DNA of 64,000 nucleotides from an uncultured delta proteobacterium (GTDB lineage: Bacteria > Myxococcota > UBA727 > VGSZ01), in contig CAVZJB010000016.1 in the NCBI GenBank assembly GCA_963775425.1, positions 384,001 to 448,000 on the forward strand, given 5' to 3'. Under the pieces are notes generated by a model. The model saw nothing but the letters and a program-made list of their open reading frames with translations. It had not been told where the DNA came from and did not search any database. A program made the position numbers and the translations under genes. This document shows, in pieces, positions 1 through 8,963 of this stretch; the stretch's first letter is position 1, and each line of letters opens with the position of its first letter.

Positions 1-1303
1 CGGCGATGTCCGGCGGCGGCGCCCCCTTCGCCTCCGGCGACGCCCCATCGACCAGGGCGAAGTCCTCGCTCATCGAGATCCACGGCGGCTCGCTCTCCGA
101 GGTGCCCTCGGAGCGCTTGTGTGCAGCCGGGCGCTCGGTGATGGTGATGCCGGCCGCGGCGCGCTCGAGGTCGGCCCGCGCGATGGGCTCGGTGACGAAG
201 TCTTCGTCGTCGTCCTCGAGCTCGTCGAAGACGCGGCCCACCGCGCTGGAGCTGTCGTCCCCGCCCGGCAGGAGGGGCAGCTCCGCGGTCAGCCCCGCGT
301 CGAGGTCGAAGGTGTCCGCGGCCACCGGCGCGGCCACGGCGTCCTTCTTCTTCGGCGCCGGCCAGAACACGGTGGGCGCCTTCCCGGCGCTCCGCGGCAG
401 CGAGGGCGTGGTGGTGGAGGAGTCGTCGGCGTCATCGGGGACGAGCGCGCGGTACTCGCGCTTCAAAAACGACGCGGCCACCGCCGCGGCCGGCGTCCTC
501 CCCGCGACGCGCTCGAGCTCGACGCCGAGGCGCTCGACGAGCATGAACAAGCCCAGGCGCTCGTCGGGGTTCTTGGCGAGGGCGGCGGCGAGGAGGGGGC
601 CGAGCTGCGCGGCGGCCGGGCCGAAGCGCGGCGCGCTCATGGCGGCGGCGTCGCCGGTGAGGAGCGCGCGGAGCGCCTGCGCGGCGACGAAGACGTCGCT
701 GGCGACGGTGGGCTTGTGCGTGGCGAGCTCGGGCGCGCGAAAGGCCGTGGGGCGCGCGGGGTCGGCGGCCGCGCCGGCGAGGATGCGCACCGCGAGCCTG
801 CCGTCCTTGCGCAGGACCAGCGCGTCGAGCCGCAACCCCGCGGGGAAGAGCGCGGACAGGCCGGTGCCGTCGTCCTCGGCCCAGACATCGCCGCGCTCGT
901 GGAGGTCGAGGGCCACCTGCGCGAGCTGCTGCGCCACGGCGAGCGAGAACGCGACGTCGGGCGCCGCTTGTCTGCGTCGATCGTGCTCGACGGTCGCGGC
1001 GACGTCGACGCCGTCCACGGCGACGGCCGTGGCGTACAGGGTGCCGTCGTGGGCGCCGACCTCGAGGATGCGGGCGACCTGCTCGTGGGCCGTCTGCGCC
1101 GCCGACGACGCCACGGCGATGATGCGCGCCGCCTCGGCCGCCTCGGCGTCGCCGAAGAGCGCCAGGTGCACCGGATCGGCGACGGGCGGGAGCGGCCGCG
1201 CCCGATCGATCGGCGTGGGCCGCGCGCGGCGGGCCAGGACGATCTCCGCGCCGCCGTAGCTCGGGACCGCTTTGAGCAGAGCAAAGTCTGCGAACGTGGC
1301 CAT
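1..1303 (-). CDS. Degenerate Ser/Thr protein-kinase-like (pseudokinase) protein, 3' end runs off the window
   Basis: Not in the ORF track. Manual translation from ATG 1303 gives MATFADFALLKAVPSYGGAEIVLARR...HEQVARILEVG...FRAPE...SDVF...LARNPDER, then an acidic low-complexity tail. C-lobe motifs are retained; HRD and DFG are absent. Confidence 0.7.
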   Translation of the reverse strand, partial: MATFADFALLKAVPSYGGAEIVLARRARPTPIDRARPLPPVADPVHLALFGDAEAAEAARIIAVASSAAQTAHEQVARILEVGAHDGTLYATAVAVDGVDVAATVEHDRRRQAAPDVAFSLAVAQQLAQVALDLHERGDVWAEDDGTGLSALFPAGLRLDALVLRKDGRLAVRILAGAAADPARPTAFRAPELATHKPTVASDVFVAAQALRALLTGDAAAMSAPRFGPAAAQLGPLLAAALAKNPDERLGLFMLVERLGVELERVAGRTPAAAVAASFLKREYRALVPDDADDSSTTTPSLPRSAGKAPTVFWPAPKKKDAVAAPVAADTFDLDAGLTAELPLLPGGDDSSSAVGRVFDELEDDDEDFVTEPIARADLERAAAGITITERPAAHKRSEGTSESEPPWISMSEDFALVDGASPEAKGAPPPDIA

Positions 1304-1315
1304 GGGCGCGCCGCC

Positions 1316-1888
1316 CTACGCGGGCGGCGCCACGCGCGCCTGCCTCTCGTCGACGAGCTCTTCGAGGAGCTTCATCTCGGCCTCACCGAGCCCCTTGTTC
1401 TTGGCCTCGGCGAGCACGCTCCTGAGGCGCTCGAGGTCGTGGGCGTCGCGCTTCTTCATGGCGTCGATGAGGCTGGTGAAGACCTCGAAGGTCTCACGGA
1501 ACTCGTCGCCGGCGCGCAGCGGGCGCGTGATGGGGTACTTGCCGGTGACGAGCGTGGAGAGGTGGCGGTGCAGGACGAAGATCGGACCGACGACGCGGTG
1601 GGTGATGAGCAGGCCCATGACCCCGAGGCCGACCACCTCGACAACGAGGAAGCCGACGGTGATTTCGAACACCTTCTTGGCGTCGTCGGTGTTGAGCTTG
1701 TCGTTGACCTCGGGAGACAGCGAAGCGAGGTCGATGACCTCGTTCATCTCCCAGTAGCTCTTGAGGAGGAAGTACCCGAGGACCGTCGAGACCACGGCCG
1801 CGATGGCGACGATGATGGCGGTGTACTTGAACTGAAAGCGCCGGTCGACGATGGGGATCAACCGGCGCTTGTAGCGGGTTTCGGGCAT
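1316..1888 (-). CDS. Two-TM HAMP-like domain signalling protein
   Basis: IVDRRFQFKY, two hydrophobic helices, then THRVVGPIFVLHRHL...LRAGDEF, typical of myxobacterial HAMP-containing membrane proteins. Confidence 0.7.
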   Translation of the reverse strand: MPETRYKRRLIPIVDRRFQFKYTAIIVAIAAVVSTVLGYFLLKSYWEMNEVIDLASLSPEVNDKLNTDDAKKVFEITVGFLVVEVVGLGVMGLLITHRVVGPIFVLHRHLSTLVTGKYPITRPLRAGDEFRETFEVFTSLIDAMKKRDAHDLERLRSVLAEAKNKGLGEAEMKLLEELVDERQARVAPPA

Positions 1889-1959
1889 GGCGCGATGCTA
1901 CCGGCACCGGCGATCTATCCTCAACCCCCGCGGTCGGACGACGATGCGCCGCCGGAGGC

Positions 1960-3555
1960 ATGAACATGCTCGCTCTCGTGCTCCTCGCTTCGCTCGCCGC
2001 CGCCGACGCCGACAACGACGGCGACGTGGACGCCGGCCCGCAGCCCGGCGACGTCGACGAGACCGTGCCGCTGTCCGTCGACCTCCCGCCCGCGCCGCTC
2101 GACGCCGGGCCCGCGGTGCCCGTCGAGGCGCAGCCGCAGGCGCAGGACGCCGGCCCCGTCCCCGACCCCGACGCGGCCGCCGCCGCGCCCGTCGACCCGC
2201 AGCCCGTCGTCGAGCCCGCCGGCGACGAGGGCGCGCCCGTCGTCGATCCCGCGGCGCCCGTCGTCGACCCGGCGGCCCCCGTGGTGGAGCATGTGGCGCC
2301 GCGCCCCGATCCCGACGCAGAGCGCGCGCCGCCGCCGCCGCCGCCGCCCCCCCCTGCAAAGACCCCCGCCCCGTTGCCGGAGGGCCTCGGCTTCGGCGGC
2401 GTGCCTGCCATCAACTTCGACGCCGACAACGGCTTCGGCTTCGGCGTGGTGGCCACCGGCTTCTACTACGACGGCCACACGCGCCCCTATCGCGCGTCGG
2501 TCACGCTGCAGATCTTCATGACCTCGAAGCTCGTGCAGGACCACAACATCGTCGTGGACTGGCTCGACGTCGCCGGGCTGCCGCTGCGCTTGTACACGCG
2601 CGTCGGCTACCTGCAGTCGCTCACGCAGAACTACTGCGGCATCGGCGGCAGCGTCAGTTGCGACACCACGCTGGCCGCGAAGGCCGCCGCCGACGAAGGG
2701 CTCGACGGAGAAGCCGCCGACGCCTTCGTCCGCCGCTTCACGCAGAGGCGCTTCATCGATCCGTACGGCACGGTGCAGGCGCGCTGGGCGCTGGTCACGT
2801 CGCCGTCGCGCTTCGAGCTCACCGCCGGCTACCGCGGCTTCTACTTCATCCCCGGCACGTGGGACGACGAGGACGGCGACGGCAAGCCCGACCTCTTTCC
2901 CTACCCGGGCTCGCTCTACGCGCGCGACCACCCCGACGGCGAGCCCGGCTTCGGCAGCACCGTCACCGGCGGCTTCATGTACGACAGCCGCGACAACGAG
3001 CCCGCGCCGACGGAGGGCGTGTGGCTCGAGGCGTCGGTGCGCGCGTCGTCCAAGCTCATCGGGTCGACGTGGGACTGGGCGGGCGCCAACCTCACGCTGC
3101 GCGGCTACGTCCCGCTCCGCGACAACCACAGGCTGGTGCTCGCCAACCGCTTCGTCGTCGACGGCGTCGTCGGCGATCCGCCCATCCAGGAGCTCGTGCG
3201 CGTCGGCGGCAGCAACGACTACTACGTGTACGGCGGCTCCGAGGCCGGGCGCGGCATCCGCGCGCAGCGCTACATCGGCAAGCTGCGGGTGTTCGATCAA
3301 AACGAGCTGCGCTGGCGCTTCCTCGACGTCACGGCGCTCGAGCAGCACTTCGGCTTCACCGCTGCGGCGTTCGCGGACCTCGGCCTCGTCGGCGCGGAGG
3401 TCACAAACCCCGGCCCGATGGAGCTCCTGCCGGGCTTCGGCGGCGCGCTGCGCTTGTCGTGGAACGAGAACTTCGTCGTTCGCTTCGACCTCGGCGTCTC
3501 TCCGCTCGAGGACTACGCGCCGTCGCTCTACATCCTGATCGGCAACCCGTTTTGA
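1960..3555 (+). CDS. Omp85 (BamA/TamA-like) outer-membrane beta-barrel protein with Pro/Asp-rich N-terminal linker
   Basis: Signal peptide and GGAGG RBS; YDSRDNEPAP, GRGIRAQRYIG, GFGGALRL motifs; C-terminal Phe. Confidence 0.8.
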   Translation: MNMLALVLLASLAAADADNDGDVDAGPQPGDVDETVPLSVDLPPAPLDAGPAVPVEAQPQAQDAGPVPDPDAAAAAPVDPQPVVEPAGDEGAPVVDPAAPVVDPAAPVVEHVAPRPDPDAERAPPPPPPPPPAKTPAPLPEGLGFGGVPAINFDADNGFGFGVVATGFYYDGHTRPYRASVTLQIFMTSKLVQDHNIVVDWLDVAGLPLRLYTRVGYLQSLTQNYCGIGGSVSCDTTLAAKAAADEGLDGEAADAFVRRFTQRRFIDPYGTVQARWALVTSPSRFELTAGYRGFYFIPGTWDDEDGDGKPDLFPYPGSLYARDHPDGEPGFGSTVTGGFMYDSRDNEPAPTEGVWLEASVRASSKLIGSTWDWAGANLTLRGYVPLRDNHRLVLANRFVVDGVVGDPPIQELVRVGGSNDYYVYGGSEAGRGIRAQRYIGKLRVFDQNELRWRFLDVTALEQHFGFTAAAFADLGLVGAEVTNPGPMELLPGFGGALRLSWNENFVVRFDLGVSPLEDYAPSLYILIGNPF

Positions 3556-3559
3556 CGCC

Positions 3560-5350
3560 CTACTTCCGACAGCGGTCGTAGCAGACGTCGAGCGCCTTGC
3601 GGTACAGCCGGATCTTGTCCGTGGGCTTGTCGCTGAGGTCGAAGAAGAACACGGCGGCGGACTTCGTGCAGCCGGCGTCGGGGCAGTGCTTCTTCACAAA
3701 GGCGAGCTTGGTCTGGAAGGTGACGACGCTCGGCGCCGGCGCCTTGGCCTTGTCGTGCCGCACGCGCCGCCGCGCCCCCTTGTGCGCCCCCTTGGCGACC
3801 TTGGCGCCCTCCTCGTCGGTCCTGGCGTCGTCGGCCTTGGCGTCGCCGGCCTTGGCGTCGCCGGCCTTGGCGTCGCCGGCCTTGGCGTCGTCCCCGCCTG
3901 CTGCGCCGGCCTTGGCGTCGCCGGCCTTGGCGTCGCCGGCCTTGGCGTCGTCCCCGCCTGCTGCGCCGGCGGCGCCCGCGTTTTCGTCGTCGCTCCCGGC
4001 GCCGGCACCGCTCCCGTCCGCCGCGACTCCGGCGACGGGGTCGCCCGGCATCACCACCGAGCCCTCCGTGGACGTGGCGGACACGACGAGGCCGACGACG
4101 ACGGCGACGGCCGCGCAGGCCGCGAGCGCCGCCGCCAGGAGCGGCACCTTGCTGCGCTTCTTCGGCGGCGGCGGCGCGGCCACCGGGAACGCGCCGCTGC
4201 GCGCGACGAGCTCGGTGGGGTCGTGCAGCGTGGTGCGTGCAGCGTGTGAGCTCGCGATGGAGAACACGTCGCTCGTGTCGTTGATGGTGTCGTCGGCGAA
4301 GCTGACGCTCAGCGTGTTGACGCTGGAGAAGCGCTGCAGGAGCTCGCGCGTCTCGCGCAGGTCGTCGGAGAACAGCTCCGCCATCAGCGCCCGCAGCTCG
4401 CGCGCGCCCTCGTGCAGGTTCTGGTGTCGCGCGTAATCAAGGAGCGCGTCGCGAAAGTCTCCGCAGGTGGGGAAGCGCTTGTCGCGGGCGGCGGCGAGGC
4501 CCTTGTCGAGGACGTCGCGGAGCTTGCGCGGCAGCTCCGAGATGCCTGCGGGCCTGAACTGCCCCGCGCCCGCTTGCCGCCACACCTGCTCCGACGTCAT
4601 GCCTTCGTAGTAGCGGTGCCCCGTCAGGAGCTCGTACGCGAGCACCGCGGCCGCGAACTGATCGGCGCGCGCGTCGACGGCTTCACCGCGTGCCTGCTCG
4701 GGCGCCATGTAGCTCATCTTGCCCATCACGGTGGCGGCCACGACCGGCGCCTCGGCGGCGCCGACGGGGCTCCCGCTCTCGGCGAGGCCGAAGTCGATGA
4801 GCTTCACCTCCCCCTCGAGGTTCACCATCACGTTTTGCGGCGAGACGTCGCGATGCACGATGTGCAACGGCACGCCCGTGGTGTTGTCGACGTGGCGATG
4901 CGCGTAGTCCAGCGCGTCGAGGATCTCCGCGGCGATGTGCAGCGCGAGCGCGCGCGGGAGCTTGCGCCCGCGGTCGGCGAGGGCGTTCAACAGCGTGCGC
5001 ACGTCGCGCCCGAGGATGAGCTCCATCGCCAGGTAGTAGCTGTGCTGCACGCAGCCGACGTCGAACACCGGGCAGATGTTCCGGTGCGTGAGCTGCACGA
5101 CGAAGCGCGCCTCCTGCATGAAGCGCTTCACGTACTCGGGGTCCTGTGAGAAGCGACTGCGCAGCGTCTTCACCACACAGTGCTTCTCGATGCCCATCAC
5201 CGAGCCGGTCTTGGCGAGGAACACGTTGCCCATGCCGCCGCGGGCGAGCCGGTGCAGCAGCAGGTACTGACCGTACGTCGCAGGGAAATCCCCCACCCAC
5301 TCGTCGTCCGAGCTGTCAATCGTGTCTGGGGTGAGCGCCTCAGCGGACAT
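3560..5350 (-). CDS. Membrane Ser/Thr protein kinase (Hanks type) with TM helix and repetitive extracytoplasmic tail
   Basis: LARGGMGNV, VVK, HRDVSPQN, DFG, YMAPE, DQF; TM segment; AGDAK repeats. Start taken at ATG 5350. Confidence 0.92.
   Translation of the reverse strand: MSAEALTPDTIDSSDDEWVGDFPATYGQYLLLHRLARGGMGNVFLAKTGSVMGIEKHCVVKTLRSRFSQDPEYVKRFMQEARFVVQLTHRNICPVFDVGCVQHSYYLAMELILGRDVRTLLNALADRGRKLPRALALHIAAEILDALDYAHRHVDNTTGVPLHIVHRDVSPQNVMVNLEGEVKLIDFGLAESGSPVGAAEAPVVAATVMGKMSYMAPEQARGEAVDARADQFAAAVLAYELLTGHRYYEGMTSEQVWRQAGAGQFRPAGISELPRKLRDVLDKGLAAARDKRFPTCGDFRDALLDYARHQNLHEGARELRALMAELFSDDLRETRELLQRFSSVNTLSVSFADDTINDTSDVFSIASSHAARTTLHDPTELVARSGAFPVAAPPPPKKRSKVPLLAAALAACAAVAVVVGLVVSATSTEGSVVMPGDPVAGVAADGSGAGAGSDDENAGAAGAAGGDDAKAGDAKAGDAKAGAAGGDDAKAGDAKAGDAKAGDAKADDARTDEEGAKVAKGAHKGARRRVRHDKAKAPAPSVVTFQTKLAFVKKHCPDAGCTKSAAVFFFDLSDKPTDKIRLYRKALDVCYDRCRK
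3833..3970 (-). repeat. Nested in-frame tandem repeat (15-bp units within a duplicated 60-bp unit) encoding AGDAK/AGAAGGDDAK
   Basis: Sequence lines 3841 and 3901 are nearly identical; ggccttggcgtcgcc is repeated. Confidence 0.9.
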
Positions 5351-5380
5351 CGCGGAAGATTCCCGGAGTATACCCTTGTC

Positions 5381-6139
5381 GTGCTCGTCCCCGTGATCCT
5401 GGTCATGCACCTGGCAGGCGCCGACACCCTTGCAGAGCCGAAGGAGGTCGCCCTGGCTCCGCTCATCGCGGAGCGCGCGTCCCTCGACGAGCTCGCCGCG
5501 TTCGAGCACCTCGACGGCGCCCTGCGCAAGGGTGTCGCCTCCGTCCCCGGCGTCCACCTCCAGGACGCCGGCGTCACCCGCGCAAACATCGACGCCGCCG
5601 CGGGCGCCGGCGTCGCGTGCGGCGGCCGCGACCGCGCGTGCCTCGGAAAGCTCGCCGTGCTCGCGGGCGTCGAGCGCCTGCTCGTCCCGTCCGCCACGCG
5701 GACCGGCGGCGTGATGACCGTGAGCCTCTTCGTCGTCGACGGCGGCGCGCGCTCGGCGGACGTGCGCTCGCTGTTGCCGGTGGGCCCCGACGACGCGCAG
5801 CGCGCCGCCGCCCGCCAGCTCGCGACGCGGGCGCTGGCCGCCGTCCTCGCCGCGCCCGTCGCGGACGCGCGTGGGGAGGGCGCGCGCGTGGCCGCGCCAC
5901 GAGGCGCGCCGCGGGCCGCCCCGTTCCCCCTCGGCGGCGCCGTCCTGCTCGCGGCGGGCGGCGGGGTCGCGGCCGCCGGCGTCGCGGGTGCTTTCGTCAC
6001 CAACGAGCTGCTCGCCACGCCCGAGCCCTACGCGGATCGCAGCGACAAGCTCTTCTTCGGTCAGGCGAGCCTGGTGGTGGCCGCCGCAGGTGTGGCGGCG
6101 GCGGCGGCGGGCGGGGCGGTGCTGCTGCTCAGCGAGTGA
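5381..6139 (+). CDS. Hypothetical exported protein with Cys-pair alpha/beta domain and C-terminal hydrophobic hairpin
   Basis: Hydrophobic N-terminus from GTG 5381; ACGGRDRACLGKLAVLAGVERLL; two Gly/Ala-rich C-terminal helices. Confidence 0.6.
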   Translation: MLVPVILVMHLAGADTLAEPKEVALAPLIAERASLDELAAFEHLDGALRKGVASVPGVHLQDAGVTRANIDAAAGAGVACGGRDRACLGKLAVLAGVERLLVPSATRTGGVMTVSLFVVDGGARSADVRSLLPVGPDDAQRAAARQLATRALAAVLAAPVADARGEGARVAAPRGAPRAAPFPLGGAVLLAAGGGVAAAGVAGAFVTNELLATPEPYADRSDKLFFGQASLVVAAAGVAAAAAGGAVLLLSE

Positions 6140-6142
6140 CGC

Positions 6143-6574
6143 TCACTCGCCTTCGCCTTCACCCTCGCCTTCGCCCTCGCCTTCACCCTCGCCCTCGCCC
6201 TCACCGGCGATGCCGTGGCAGTCCGCGCCGCCGTTGGCGGCGTCGTTGGCGGTCTTGAAGTCGTCGAGGAAGGTCTTGCAGACGGTGTCGCCGGCGCCGG
6301 TGCGCTCCTTGACGAGGTCGTCGCAGGACAGCGTGCCCTCGCAGGTGGCGAGCGCCACCTCGGCGTCCGCGAGGTCCTTGCACTGCTTCTCCGCGTTCTG
6401 CTTGAGCGCCGCGATGGCCCCGTCGCGCTCGGCGGCGCAGACGTCGACGTAGTCGTCTTGAAGGTTGAGGTTCAGCTGGTCGGCGCAGTCGAACTCCTTC
6501 TGGCAGATGCCCTGGGCGGGGTTGCAGCCGGCGACACAGGCGAGGACGAAGGAACAGGCGAGCAGCTTGTGCAT
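6143..6574 (-). CDS. Cys-rich lipoprotein with C-terminal (Gly-Glu)n tract
   Basis: MHKLLACSFVLACVAGC lipobox; multiple Cys; ends in a GEGEGE... tract. Confidence 0.8.
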   Translation of the reverse strand: MHKLLACSFVLACVAGCNPAQGICQKEFDCADQLNLNLQDDYVDVCAAERDGAIAALKQNAEKQCKDLADAEVALATCEGTLSCDDLVKERTGAGDTVCKTFLDDFKTANDAANGGADCHGIAGEGEGEGEGEGEGEGEGEGE

Positions 6575-6669
6575 GGTGTGATCTCCAGGGACCGCGAGCC
6601 TTTCCCGACTCCGGCGGGTGCGCAAGATGCAACACATCGGGAGACACCCGACAGACCCCCGGAGGACTT

Positions 6670-7152
6670 ATGGGCACACGCGAATCCATCGACCAAGCCA
6701 AGCGCGATCTCGCCCAGGTGCGAGACGAGCTTCGCGTCAAATTGCACCTCGCCCGCAAGGACGCCGAGGACACCTGGAGGGAGCTCGAGCCGCGCATCGG
6801 TCGCGTCGAAAAGAAGCTCGACGAGGCCGCCGCCGGCTTCGGTGACGTCGCCGAGAAGGCGCGCCTTCAGGCCACGCTCGGCCTCAACGACGTGAAGGCG
6901 CAGTGGCCGGGCCTCGAGAAGGCCATCGAGCAGGTCGTCACCGACGTGAAGAGGGGCGCCACCGATCTCAAGGCCGAGATCGACACCGCCCGCGTCAAGA
7001 CGCACCTCGCCCAGATGGACGCCGCCCAGAGCGCCGAGGAGAAGAGCTCCGACCTGCGCAAGGCGGGGGCGGATCTCCAGCGGGATCTCGAGCAAGCGGC
7101 GTCCGAGATCACCGCGACGCTGTCGAGCTTCGCCAAGCGCGTCTTCAAGTAG
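6670..7152 (+). CDS. Helical/coiled-coil hypothetical protein with three internal repeats
   Basis: GGAGG RBS; RDELRVKLHLARKDA / AEKARLQATLGLNDV / IDTARVKTHLAQMDA. Confidence 0.75.
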   Translation: MGTRESIDQAKRDLAQVRDELRVKLHLARKDAEDTWRELEPRIGRVEKKLDEAAAGFGDVAEKARLQATLGLNDVKAQWPGLEKAIEQVVTDVKRGATDLKAEIDTARVKTHLAQMDAAQSAEEKSSDLRKAGADLQRDLEQAASEITATLSSFAKRVFK

Positions 7153-7156
7153 CGCG

Positions 7157-8275
7157 TCAGCGACGAGCGCGGCGGCGGCGGCGCAGCGCCAGCAGGGCCA
7201 GGCCGAGCGCCGAAAACGGCGCGGCCGGCACCGCGGCGCACCCGGGCTTTTTGTGGGGGTCGGCGCTCCCGCCGCCGGCCCCGTCATCGCCGCTCGGCTT
7301 GGGGTCGAAGAAGGACGGCGGGATGACTCCCTTCACGTCGCACCAGGCGCGCGAGCCGTCGGCGCAGCCCGCCTTCATCTTGCCGTCGATCCACGTGCGC
7401 CAGATGTCCACGCGGGTGTCGACCCCGCCCTTGGCGCAGTCCTGCTGATCGTAGGCGTGCGAGGTGATGCCGACGACGCGGCGGGTCTTCGCGTGCGGGC
7501 CGCCAACGTCGAGGTAGGTGGGGCCGCCGGAGTCGCCGTGGCACTTGCGGGTGGTGCTCGCGTCGCCGCCAATCTGCATCTCGGCGTCGCCGAGCTCGTT
7601 CACGGTGCTGGCGCCGCACTCCTTGATCCCCACGGTCCCCGGCGGCGGCTGTTGGAACTGCCCCGTGGCCGTCTGCTGACCCCAGCCCGCGATCTCCACC
7701 GACGCGCCCTCGGTGAGCTTGGCCGCCTCGTCGTCGGTGATGATGAGCGCGGGCTCGACGTCGTCGATGGTGGCCGAGAGGAACATGAGCGCGACGTCGT
7801 GGAAGGCGCCGACGCCGTTGACGCTGTTGAGGTCGTCGAGGTTGAACTGCTCGTTGGCGATCATGCTCCGCACCGGGATCGCGGTCTCCGGGAGCTGCGG
7901 CGGCGGCTGCTGCTGCGACTCGGCGAGCGCCTCGAGGTCCGCCTGGCGCGTGACGTAGTAGTCGGCGCGCTGCACGGAGCCGAAGCCGCCGGTCAACAGC
8001 TCGGGCTTGGTGCAGTGACCGGCGGTGAGCACGGTGTCGGGCGCGATGAGCGTCCCGGTGCACATCACCGTGGTGACGTCCATGGTGCCGCCGCCGATGC
8101 TCGAGAAGTCGAGCGTGCCGTCGAAGAGGATCGCGACGGCGGTGGGGTCGGTGCTCTCGTCGCAGTCGCTGCCGTTGATGATCGCCTGGGACGTCGACGA
8201 GGACGCGGCCTGGGGCGCGGCGGGGGCGCAGGAGGCGAGGGCGATGCCGCAGAGGGCGAGGGGAAGCGGGCGCAC
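7157..8275 (-). CDS. Trypsin-like (S1) serine protease, lipoprotein with C-terminal MYXO-CTERM-like tag
   Basis: IING, CTGTLIAPDTVLTAGHC, HDVAL, CHGDSGGP; C-terminus GCAAVP...LALLALRRRRR. Confidence 0.92.
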   Translation of the reverse strand: MRPLPLALCGIALASCAPAAPQAASSSTSQAIINGSDCDESTDPTAVAILFDGTLDFSSIGGGTMDVTTVMCTGTLIAPDTVLTAGHCTKPELLTGGFGSVQRADYYVTRQADLEALAESQQQPPPQLPETAIPVRSMIANEQFNLDDLNSVNGVGAFHDVALMFLSATIDDVEPALIITDDEAAKLTEGASVEIAGWGQQTATGQFQQPPPGTVGIKECGASTVNELGDAEMQIGGDASTTRKCHGDSGGPTYLDVGGPHAKTRRVVGITSHAYDQQDCAKGGVDTRVDIWRTWIDGKMKAGCADGSRAWCDVKGVIPPSFFDPKPSGDDGAGGGSADPHKKPGCAAVPAAPFSALGLALLALRRRRRARR

Positions 8276-8360
8276 GGTGACCTCCGGTTTCTGCGGCGGA
8301 GGCTGGGGTGTGCGCGCCTGCTGTCAAGGCGCACAATGTCGGATATGCGCGTGACGCGCG

Positions 8361-8963
8361 TCACCCCCCTTTGGCGACCTGCTCCTGCAGTTGCTCCGCC
8401 CGCCCCTTGACGGCCTTCGCCGAGGCCATCAGCGACACGACGTTGATGCCGATGCTGAGCGTCTGCTGATCGTCCTCGAAGCTCTCGGCGATGGACGAGT
8501 AGTTCTTCACGATGCCCGCGTAGAAGATGCGCGTGCGCGACGGCCCGAGCGACACCAGGCGCCACTGGTAGTGGCTGCCCGAGAGGTCGCCTTCCACTTG
8601 CTTCACGTTGATGGTGTGCGTGGCGGCGTCGGCGTGCTGGCGGTTGGTGTAGCTCGTGGACACGAGGGGCGTGTCGAGCTTGATGGCGAGGAGCGCGTCG
8701 CCGCCCTCGTGGCTGACCTCGAGCGACTTGATGCGCGGCATGAAGAAGCGATACGCGTCGTAGTCCGTGAGCACCTTCCAGACGGTGTCGATGGGGGCGT
8801 CGACGTCGGCGATGCAGGTCGCAGAGCGCAGCTTGCCGGCGCTGTCGCTCTCGATGCGCACGATGGGCCCGCCCCGCAGGAGATCGCCGAGCTCGTCGGC
8901 GCGCACGGGGCCGGCGCCGACGAGCAGCGCGGCGGCGACGAAGACGACGGGCGGGCGGATCAT
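8361..8963 (-). CDS. Exported SRPBCC/START (polyketide cyclase-like) lipid-binding protein
   Basis: Signal peptide MIRPPVVFVAAALLVGAGPVRA; VDAPIDTVWKVLTDYDAYRFFMP; QVEGDL...YQWRL. Confidence 0.8.
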   Translation of the reverse strand: MIRPPVVFVAAALLVGAGPVRADELGDLLRGGPIVRIESDSAGKLRSATCIADVDAPIDTVWKVLTDYDAYRFFMPRIKSLEVSHEGGDALLAIKLDTPLVSTSYTNRQHADAATHTINVKQVEGDLSGSHYQWRLVSLGPSRTRIFYAGIVKNYSSIAESFEDDQQTLSIGINVVSLMASAKAVKGRAEQLQEQVAKGG

